NCBI GenBank assembly: GCA_944393195.1
Contig: CALXZG010000001.1
Location: forward strand, 68,921-132,920
Source: an uncultured Alphaproteobacteria bacterium
GTDB taxonomy: Bacteria > Pseudomonadota > Alphaproteobacteria > CAAHEQ01 > UBA3637
Length of the DNA stretch: 64,000 nucleotides
Direction: 5' to 3'
This document shows, one piece after another, positions 10,407 through 17,754 of this stretch. Numbering within the stretch: the stretch's first letter is position 1; each line of letters opens with the position of its first letter. Below the pieces are notes generated by a model. It was given only the letters and a program-made list of their open reading frames with translations. It was not told the origin of the DNA and made no database searches. A program made the translations under genes and the position numbers.

Positions 10407-11708
10407 ATGCGATACGGACTTCTTTTTTTGTCGGCGGCGTTGTGTTGTTGGATCGGTGGGGCGGCGGCTCAGGAAAAAAATACGCCCGATATCGCCCAAT
10501 GTGAAGAAATGCTGGTTCGTGCCGAAACGGAACCGGATGCAACTGTGTATGATTCTTGCGGTTTTAATGACGAATTGCGTGCTTGGAATACATGGGCACC
10601 GTTTGCCTCATCACGTCAATTGAAAATCGCTTTGTTCGAATTGTGTCACCGTTATCCGGAACACACGTATCATGAACTCTATTGCGATAAATCGGCACAG
10701 CTTGACTATGCTCCGGCTTTGATGGAAATGGGATTTATTAAACTGAAAGCCGATGATGTTCCGGCGGCGCAGCAATACTTTACCCGGGCTTTAAAAACAG
10801 GTAATCTGACTGCCGAAGACAGCGGTCGGATTAGTGCGGCTTTGGGGTTATTGTATACCACGGAAAACAGCCCGTATTATCAACCGGAAGTCGGTCTGGC
10901 TCTTTTGTCTACGGCGGCAACGGCGCGTTCGGCCGAAGCCAATAACGCCCTCGGCTATTATTATTTCGCTGGTAAACACGGCCTGAAACAAAATATGCAG
11001 GAAGCCTTAACATCTTTTTGGCGGGCTATTTTGCTCGGTTGTCCGGCCGCTGAGGAAAATCTGGGTGCTTTTCATCTGGCGCGCCAAAATAAAGTCACCG
11101 AAGCCGATGCCTTGAACTATATTCGGTCGCAGGCTTTGACGTGTCAACCGGCGGCGAAAAAAGCCGTGCCCGCGCCGACCTTTCGTCCGAATTGTCCCTG
11201 TGATGAGATTCGCCGTCAGGATAGTGTTTTTAAATCCAAAAAGTACTTATACATAACCTATCTTCCCGAAGAAGTCGGTGCCGTTGTTCGGGATTTGCAG
11301 GGAAAAGAATATCCCGTTAAAGTCGGTACATTCCTGCCGGATGGATCTTTTGTGTCCGAAATTCATCCGCGTGCTTTGGCGTTGCAGCGGGATAATACGC
11401 GCATTTTGTTGAATCGGTACCATACCGGTGAGTGTGTCACATATTGTTTGCAACCGCAAAAAATAACTCCGCCAAGCGTTCATATCATGCCTTATCGCCT
11501 TCAATTTACACCGCAGGAATGCGCGGATATTACCTATTATGCCGAACATTTGGTCGATACGTCGTTACCGTATACGGGGAAAGAAGAGTGTGCTCCGCCC
11601 GATCCCCAAAAAACAATAGAGTTGGACGAAGCGACACAGTTGTTATTGGGCGGTTTGGAGCCCCCGACGGCTGAGGCTGATGACAATTCCGCGCCTTTGC
11701 AAAAATAA
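10407..11708 (+). CDS. Exported Sel1-like repeat protein
   Basis: Signal peptide; Sel1-like ANNALGYYYFAG..GL.QN, AILLG.PAA..NLG. Confidence 0.75.
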   Translation: MRYGLLFLSAALCCWIGGAAAQEKNTPDIAQCEEMLVRAETEPDATVYDSCGFNDELRAWNTWAPFASSRQLKIALFELCHRYPEHTYHELYCDKSAQLDYAPALMEMGFIKLKADDVPAAQQYFTRALKTGNLTAEDSGRISAALGLLYTTENSPYYQPEVGLALLSTAATARSAEANNALGYYYFAGKHGLKQNMQEALTSFWRAILLGCPAAEENLGAFHLARQNKVTEADALNYIRSQALTCQPAAKKAVPAPTFRPNCPCDEIRRQDSVFKSKKYLYITYLPEEVGAVVRDLQGKEYPVKVGTFLPDGSFVSEIHPRALALQRDNTRILLNRYHTGECVTYCLQPQKITPPSVHIMPYRLQFTPQECADITYYAEHLVDTSLPYTGKEECAPPDPQKTIELDEATQLLLGGLEPPTAEADDNSAPLQK

Positions 11709-11859
11709 TACTTGATTTTATCCTAAAAATCGGATATAATACTGGCGTTTCCGATAATCCTTGCTCCTGCTATCGGACAGGGGCTATGTTTCAGGCCGGT
11801 GTTCATGGGGAACATTGTGTATAAACCGAAACGAGATAATCCAAAAGGAGAGGATATAA

Positions 11860-12237
11860 ATGCCTTTTTATGAAAACGTATTCGTTGCGCGTCAGGATTT
11901 AACGCCGAACAAAGTCAACGAATTGACAGATAAATTTGCCGCCGTTATTGAAGCACAGGGCGGTAAAGTAACAAAACGCGAAGATTGGGGTTTGCGTACA
12001 TTAGCTTACAAAATCCAAAAGAACCGGAAAGGGTACTATGTTCTGATGAACATTGATGCTCCGGCGGCGGCCATTGTTGAAATGGAACGTTTAATGCGCT
12101 TGGACGAAAACCTGTTGCGTTATTTGACAACGAAAGTGGACGCTTTGGAAGAAGGTCCGTCCATCATGTTGGAACCGAAATACAAAAAAGCCAAATCCGA
12201 TGACAAATTTGACATCGAAGTTGGGGAAGGAGAATAA
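11860..12237 (+). CDS. rpsF: 30S ribosomal protein S6
   Basis: [18 protein letters not shown]. Confidence 0.98.
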   Translation: MPFYENVFVARQDLTPNKVNELTDKFAAVIEAQGGKVTKREDWGLRTLAYKIQKNRKGYYVLMNIDAPAAAIVEMERLMRLDENLLRYLTTKVDALEEGPSIMLEPKYKKAKSDDKFDIEVGEGE

Positions 12238-12238
12238 A

Positions 12239-12472
12239 ATGGCCGATATTAAAGGATCTTTCTATCGTCATAAGAAAACATGCCAATTTTGCGCGGATCA
12301 AGTCGGCGAAATTGACTATAAAGACATCAAATTATTAAGCCGCTTTATCACGGAACGTGGTAAGATGGTTCCGTCCCGCGTGTCGGCGACCTGTGCGAAA
12401 CACCAACGCAGCGTTTCAAAAGCGATTAAGCGCGCTCGTTTCCTGGCTTTGTTGCCGTTTGTCAACGATTAA
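12239..12472 (+). CDS. rpsR: 30S ribosomal protein S18
   Basis: [27 protein letters not shown]; CxxC/CxxH zinc-type form. Confidence 0.98.
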   Translation: MADIKGSFYRHKKTCQFCADQVGEIDYKDIKLLSRFITERGKMVPSRVSATCAKHQRSVSKAIKRARFLALLPFVND

Positions 12473-12482
12473 GGAGGCTGCT

Positions 12483-13013
12483 ATGGAAATTATTTTATTG
12501 GAACGAATCGAACGTTTGGGACAAATGGGTGATATTGTTAACGTGAAAAACGGATACGCCCGGAACTATTTGTTCCCGCAAAAGAAAGCTTTGCGTAAAA
12601 CTAAAGACAATATGGCTTTCTTTGAATCTAAACGGAAAGAATACGAAGCGCACAACCTGAAAATGAAACAGGAAGCCGAAGAAATGGCGAAAAAACTGGA
12701 AGGTTTGTCCGTCATTATCGTTCGTCAGGCTGCCGAAACAGGGCAACTGTACGGTTCTGTCACGATGCGCGATATTTGTGAAGCGATTCGCGAAGCCGGA
12801 TTTAAGGTTGAACGTCATCAGATTGACTTAAACCAACCGTTTAAGACGATGGGTATCTTTGATGTACGTTTGTCTTTGCACCCGGATGTGGCGCAAACCA
12901 TTCGCGTGAATATTGCCCGCTCTGAAGAAGAAGCCAAACGCGCTCATCAAAAGCACGAAAAAAAGGCTGAACAACCGGTTGCCGAAGTTGTTGAAACGAC
13001 TCCGGAAGCTTAA
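12483..13013 (+). CDS. rplI: 50S ribosomal protein L9
   Basis: VKNGYARNYLFP, GQLYGSV. Confidence 0.98.
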   Translation: MEIILLERIERLGQMGDIVNVKNGYARNYLFPQKKALRKTKDNMAFFESKRKEYEAHNLKMKQEAEEMAKKLEGLSVIIVRQAAETGQLYGSVTMRDICEAIREAGFKVERHQIDLNQPFKTMGIFDVRLSLHPDVAQTIRVNIARSEEEAKRAHQKHEKKAEQPVAEVVETTPEA

Positions 13014-13030
13014 TTCGGCTTATTCCAATT

Positions 13031-13060
13031 ATCCCCTCTGGTTTCAGAGGGGATTTTGTT
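13031..13060 (+). terminator. Terminator of rpsF-rpsR-rplI
   Basis: atcccctctg-gttt-cagaggggat followed by T-rich tract. Confidence 0.85.
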
Positions 13061-13084
13061 TATCGTTGTTCCTTTTTATAACAA

Positions 13085-13181
13085 CGTCATCCCTTATTAT
13101 CCTTGCGCAAGCGAGGATCTTGGGACATTAAAAATCTGTCATCACCTATAATTCTACGTCATCCCTGCGAAAGCGGGGATC
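13085..13181. repeat. Two CGTC-type REP-like palindromes
   Basis: atccttgcgcaagcgaggatc (from 13099; also at about 60644) and cgtcatccctgcgaaagcggggatc (13157-13181; identical at 60759-60783 and as reverse complement at 16493-16517). Confidence 0.85.
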
Positions 13182-13309
13182 TTTTAACACATTACCACAC
13201 AAAAAACACCATCCACGACCTTAATCCGCGAATTTTTTACTATTTTTACCATTTTCTGATTTTAAACCACACTAAATATACCTTATTTGTCAAACAGATA
13301 TCAAATGAA

Positions 13310-13474
13310 GTGTAACATTTTAATGTTCCTTTTTGTGTTACACTTTTTGACGCGATGCAACTTTTTCACAAAATGACTGAAAGTTTTTAGAATATAAATA
13401 TTTTTCTCTTGCTTTATATTTCCCACCTATGCTATAAAATCTATAACAATTTAATAAACCTTTTTTTGTTATAG
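13310..13474 (+). promoter_or_regulatory. Putative invertible promoter A, ON orientation
   Basis: 34-bp sites at 13310-13343 and 13441-13474 flank TTGCTT-N18-TATAAA (13409-13438), which points at the gene at 13492. Confidence 0.8.
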
Positions 13475-13491
13475 TCTGAAAGGAAGTACAA

Positions 13492-15762
13492 ATGATTGAA
13501 AATCAGTTGAAATTTCGCAAAATGACATCAATGGAAAGTGGCAGAACGATGGTCGAAATTCTGGCAGTGTTGGCGATTATGGGTGTCCTGACATTAGGGG
13601 CAGTCATGGGGTATCGGTATGCGGTTGATAAATTAAATGCGAATGATATTATTGACGGCGTGAACAAACGGGCGGCGGTTGCGGCACCGCAACGAATTTT
13701 GGGTCAACCGATTAATTTGACCGAATTTCATCCGGACAGTGATATTGATTTGATTAAAGGGGTATATGAAGTCGTGGCGGTAGATATTCACGGCCGTAAT
13801 CCGGATTTTTTCAGTTTAACGGCTTATGATATCCAAAAAGGCGTTTGTGATCGGATTATGGATTCGGGGTATGCAGTTCCTTCGGTCATAGAAGTCAATA
13901 GTGTTGCTCAACTGAATGGTAGTACCTGTGAGGAAAGTGAAGATGGTTTGTATGATATTACGTTTGTTTTTGATAATACATTGGGTGAAAAAGAATATCA
14001 AGAGTGTGAAATTGATACCGAATGTGGCACAGGGAATATTTGTAATCAAATAACGTCAACCTGTATGCCGATTCCCAAGGGACAAATCATTGATATTGAT
14101 GGTAATAGCCATGATTGTAATTCAAATCGACTTATTTTACCGTTAACGGCGTCGGAATGTGATAAGTGTCCAAATCGGAAAATGTTTTCCGGATACTGCA
14201 TACCAACGTGTCGGGATGATGAATGGCTTGAACGACAGGAAGGTGGAAGTCAGCCACGCGTTGTTTGTCGCAAATGCGATGCTCGAACGGGATGGCATTA
14301 TGGGACACAAAATCGTGCTTTTTGCGAAGTTTGTCCCGAACGGTATTATTTTGAAGATACCTGGGGAACCGAACACATGTGTGTTTTAAGGGATTGTGGG
14401 GAAGGGTATATATCCTGTAATGATGGATGTTGCGGCTGCGGTGGTGGTGGCGCTATTTCCATAGCCCTTGCACCGACGGGCAGAGCTTCTTGCGAAGCGT
14501 GTAATGATCCGACTTTCGGACCACGGGAAGTTGTAGGGAATCTCTGTCGTGTCAGAAATTGTCCGGCAGGGTATTTCCGGTACAATAACGATTGCATTGC
14601 TTGTTCATCAACGAACTCCTATGATGTTTCCAATGCAACTAATCGTGCCAATTGTCTGGCGTGTACGGATGACAATGGCAATAAAATGCGGCGATTGAAT
14701 GGACAATCCTGTGTCTTGGCCTCCAAATGTTTACATGGAACACAGGAGGATGATCCGAGTACGCCGGATGTCGATGAATCGATTTATTGCGCAGATTGTC
14801 CGCCGGATACTTTCCCGGTAGGAAATGAATGTAAATCGTGTGATGATAATTATTGGTATGAAGTCAGTCCCGAAATATGCGCCCGATGCGGGGATAAACG
14901 CTTTGTGCGTGAATCTTTCCAGACATTTGAGTGGTGGTGGAAATCTAATGTCTGTATGCGGGTGAAAAAAGATGGGGAATTTTATTCCAGTGCCGGAACG
15001 CAGGCGTGCACCTATACCGGCAATACGCTTGATAATGGGGATTGCGGATCTTGTGGTGATTTACGTGTCATAACGCAAGATGCAAATACTAATGAACGAT
15101 ATTGTACTTTGGCTTGTCAGGAAGGGGAATTCATGGCGATTGGGGGAACGTGTTATTCCTGTGATGCGGCGGCATCGCCCAATTTGAGCTCAATCAATCA
15201 TGTACGACAATATTGTTCAAGTGTTTGTCCGGGGCAACGATATTTGCGTTCGGGGAAGTGTGCCAAGTGTCCGGCTGGGACATATAGCATTGGTTCTAAT
15301 GCAACCTCCTGCGACGGTGTTTGTCCGACGGATCGAACGGGATTGGCAAAAGGGCCGTGTATTGCTTGCGGAGGAAAGTGGGATGGAACGACCTGTGATG
15401 GGCAGGGATGTGCTTCCGGTGAGTACAATAAAAACGGTATATGTACGACCTGTCCGGAAGATTTATCTGATTTTACCGGTGCGATTAACGAAACGTATTG
15501 TCGGGCGTGTGGTGGGTTATGGAATAACCTGAGTTACAAATGCTGTCCGTCTTCCGATTTTTCCAGCCTGAAAAATCAAAATGATTGTGAGGGATGTTAC
15601 GGTCAATGGGCCAATAATACGTGTACCAAATGTCCGACAGGATACTGGGGAGGTGATGGTGTTTGTAATCAATGTTTGGCATATGCCGATATTTCGGATC
15701 AATTGAATTGTCAGGTTTGCGGTGGATCTTGGAATGCCGAAACAGAAACCTGTTCATCATAA
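13492..15762 (+). CDS. Pilin-like N-terminus fused to a large Cys-rich (CxxC-repeat) surface domain
   Basis: ESG|RTMVEILAVLAIMGVLTLG; many CxxC units; four C-terminal CxxC.G.W repeats. Confidence 0.82.
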   Translation: MIENQLKFRKMTSMESGRTMVEILAVLAIMGVLTLGAVMGYRYAVDKLNANDIIDGVNKRAAVAAPQRILGQPINLTEFHPDSDIDLIKGVYEVVAVDIHGRNPDFFSLTAYDIQKGVCDRIMDSGYAVPSVIEVNSVAQLNGSTCEESEDGLYDITFVFDNTLGEKEYQECEIDTECGTGNICNQITSTCMPIPKGQIIDIDGNSHDCNSNRLILPLTASECDKCPNRKMFSGYCIPTCRDDEWLERQEGGSQPRVVCRKCDARTGWHYGTQNRAFCEVCPERYYFEDTWGTEHMCVLRDCGEGYISCNDGCCGCGGGGAISIALAPTGRASCEACNDPTFGPREVVGNLCRVRNCPAGYFRYNNDCIACSSTNSYDVSNATNRANCLACTDDNGNKMRRLNGQSCVLASKCLHGTQEDDPSTPDVDESIYCADCPPDTFPVGNECKSCDDNYWYEVSPEICARCGDKRFVRESFQTFEWWWKSNVCMRVKKDGEFYSSAGTQACTYTGNTLDNGDCGSCGDLRVITQDANTNERYCTLACQEGEFMAIGGTCYSCDAAASPNLSSINHVRQYCSSVCPGQRYLRSGKCAKCPAGTYSIGSNATSCDGVCPTDRTGLAKGPCIACGGKWDGTTCDGQGCASGEYNKNGICTTCPEDLSDFTGAINETYCRACGGLWNNLSYKCCPSSDFSSLKNQNDCEGCYGQWANNTCTKCPTGYWGGDGVCNQCLAYADISDQLNCQVCGGSWNAETETCSS

Positions 15763-15780
15763 CGCAGTCCGCTGTACAAT

Positions 15781-15807
15781 AAAAGCCGTCTTTAAGGCGG
15801 CTTTTTT
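15781..15807. terminator. Bidirectional terminator
   Basis: aaaagccgtc-tttaa-ggcggcttttttt. Confidence 0.85.
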
Positions 15808-15868
15808 GTTATATTATTTATGATTGTGGCGTTTCTATTTTTTTTAATCGTCATCCTCTATAATTTTA

Positions 15869-16053
15869 CGTCACCCCCGACCTGATCGGGGATCTTTTGA
15901 CCATCTTACTCCCTTTCCAATTCCAACATCCGCTTGCCGGCGGCGACTTCCGCTGCCTTGGCGCGCGGTGTTTCATTGCTTTGCGCATCAAAACTTGCCA
16001 CCGGCAACTTTTGATTTACGCAGTATCCCCAACCTGATCGGGGATCTTTTGAC
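15869..16053. repeat. Two REP-like palindromes flanking a GC-rich insert
   Basis: cgtcacccccgacctgatcggggatcttttgac (from 15869) and atccccaacctgatcggggatcttttgac (from 16025). Confidence 0.8.
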
Positions 16054-16164
16054 ATCTCCCACACACAAAAAACACTATCCACGGCTTTAACCCGTGAATC
16101 TGTCACTATTTTACTTTTTTCCGATTTGGAAAGAGCCCTTTGTTGTGATGAAAAATAATTCAGA

Positions 16165-16341
16165 GTGTAACAATTTAATGTTCATTAAAATGTTATAGAT
16201 TTTTATAACATAAAACTATAATCGAATACAAGCTCTTTTTTTAATATTTTGCATTTTTTTGAAATGGTTATGTAAGGCCGTCGAAAGAGGGAATTTGGGT
16301 ATAAAAAGTATAACAAAAAAAGGAACATTTTTTTGTTATAG
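16165..16341 (-). promoter_or_regulatory. Putative invertible promoter B, OFF orientation
   Basis: 34-bp sites at 16165-16198 and 16308-16341; minus-strand TTGTAT-N18-TATAAA (16231-16202) points away from the gene at 16359. Confidence 0.8.
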
Positions 16342-16358
16342 TTGAAAAGGAGCGATAA

Positions 16359-17711
16359 ATGACTGAAACAAAAAATAAAAACGGAAAAAGTGGTGTGTAT
16401 CAAAATAGTGATTTAGGGGCATCGGGTGTGTGTCATAAGACCCCCGATCAGGTCGGGGATGACGGTTTAACAGTAGGGAGTGGGCGTTCAAAGATCCCCG
16501 CTTTCGCAGGGATGACGGAGAATATAGGGGGCGCAGGGATGAGAGAGAATAAAGAGCGCAGGGATGATGGATGGGATAAAAAAACAGGGATGGCGGAAAA
16601 AAATAAAACGCGCAGAGATAACGAACAATATTCTTGGATTGAGGGGATGAACGGTATCATGTCGTCCGAATCGGGGAAGAGTATGGTTGAAATGCTGGGC
16701 GTGTTGGCTTTAATGGGATTGTTGGCCGTGTTGGGTGCCAAAGGATACAGCATGGCCATGGAACGGGCAACCGCCAATCGGATCGTGGAGGAAATCAATC
16801 GACGCTCCATTGTCTATTCACAACAATTGTTGATGACAACCTCCAATACCGCCCTGAACCATTCGGAACTGGCAACGGAAATCGAGGGCGGATATCCGGT
16901 CTCCGGCAACCGTTTCGGGGACGATTATTTTCAAATCGTCGTTCAAAAGCTTCCCCAAAATATCTGTACTCGGATTGGTAAACTGGGTTACGCCCGCGCC
17001 ATACAGGTGTTGGCAAACGGAACAGCCTTAACCACCGCCGATCAATCGGCGTGTCAAGCTACCGGAAACGTGTTGATCTTTACATTTACCAAAGATATGA
17101 CGCCGTGCGATGAATGTTTAAATAATACGAAGAGCTGTGAAACGGATAGCCAATGCGCGACAAATCAAACATGTCAAAATGGTATGTGCTTGTGTTCACC
17201 GTATTACGCGTGTAACGGGACATGTTGTCCGGCAGGTCAATTTTGTGTAAACGGACAATGTTCGGCGAATGACAGTTGTCAAAGCACGGACGATTGTGAT
17301 CAAGGATTGTGTATTAGCGGAAAATGTCAATGTCGGAGCTACCGAGATAATTGTACATATTTCTGTCAAATGAGTAGTCCAAGCTATGGTGTTTGTTCGA
17401 CAGGGGCATATTATGAAGAAGGGGCGTTCAGTATGGCCGGCACGGTTTGGTCTACGAAAACGCTGAATTGGTACACGGCATCGGATTTTTGCGCATCGTT
17501 GGGAAAAGAAATGGTGAGTTTGGAGGATTTGGGATGTGTTGCGGCCGGAGATACCTATACCTGTACCATTCCGGAAAAATTTAAAGGACATGGGACTGTT
17601 TGGACGACGGATTGGAAGGATAGTTCAAATATTTGGTTTGTCAACACTACGTCAGGCGCGGTCGCGTCTAACGTTTGGCACGCCATGCACCCCGTCGCCC
17701 TCTGCCATTAA
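16359..17711 (+). CDS. Pilin-like protein with REP-expanded leader, Cys-rich stalk and C-type-lectin-like C-terminus
   Basis: RBS aaggag; ESG|KSMVEMLGVLAL at about residue 106; Cys-rich repeats; NWYTASDFCASLGKEMVSLEDL..VWT..ALC. Confidence 0.8.
   Translation: MTETKNKNGKSGVYQNSDLGASGVCHKTPDQVGDDGLTVGSGRSKIPAFAGMTENIGGAGMRENKERRDDGWDKKTGMAEKNKTRRDNEQYSWIEGMNGIMSSESGKSMVEMLGVLALMGLLAVLGAKGYSMAMERATANRIVEEINRRSIVYSQQLLMTTSNTALNHSELATEIEGGYPVSGNRFGDDYFQIVVQKLPQNICTRIGKLGYARAIQVLANGTALTTADQSACQATGNVLIFTFTKDMTPCDECLNNTKSCETDSQCATNQTCQNGMCLCSPYYACNGTCCPAGQFCVNGQCSANDSCQSTDDCDQGLCISGKCQCRSYRDNCTYFCQMSSPSYGVCSTGAYYEEGAFSMAGTVWSTKTLNWYTASDFCASLGKEMVSLEDLGCVAAGDTYTCTIPEKFKGHGTVWTTDWKDSSNIWFVNTTSGAVASNVWHAMHPVALCH
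16439..16623. repeat. In-frame REP-like palindromes and half-copies inside the leader peptide
   Basis: gacccccgatcaggtcggggatgacg (16439-16464), gatccccgctttcgcagggatgacg (16493-16517), half copies gcgcagggatga at 16531 and 16556. Confidence 0.85.
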
Positions 17712-17754
17712 AATCTTATCAGGGGATACGTTTCAAATCATACGACCGGTTTTT

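Noticed and set aside
10266-10499. N-terminal extension of DksA in the ORF track
   Set aside because: It overlaps the divergent gene and promoter region; a strong RBS supports the start at 10265.
11750-11859. S6:S18 autoregulatory leader RNA before rpsF
   Set aside because: A weak hairpin is visible but I cannot match it to the known motif by eye; it needs a covariance-model search.
15906-16106. 66-aa minus-strand ORF between the two pilin genes
   Set aside because: It is built from REP and inverted-repeat sequence with no clear RBS or recognisable domain, so it is treated as non-coding.
16175-16188. CtrA box upstream of pilin genes
   Set aside because: Spacing is TTAA-N6-TTAA rather than N7, and it is better explained as the centre of the 34-bp site.
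16439-16623. CRISPR array
   Set aside because: Repeats are degenerate, irregularly spaced REP halves inside an ORF, and no cas genes are present.
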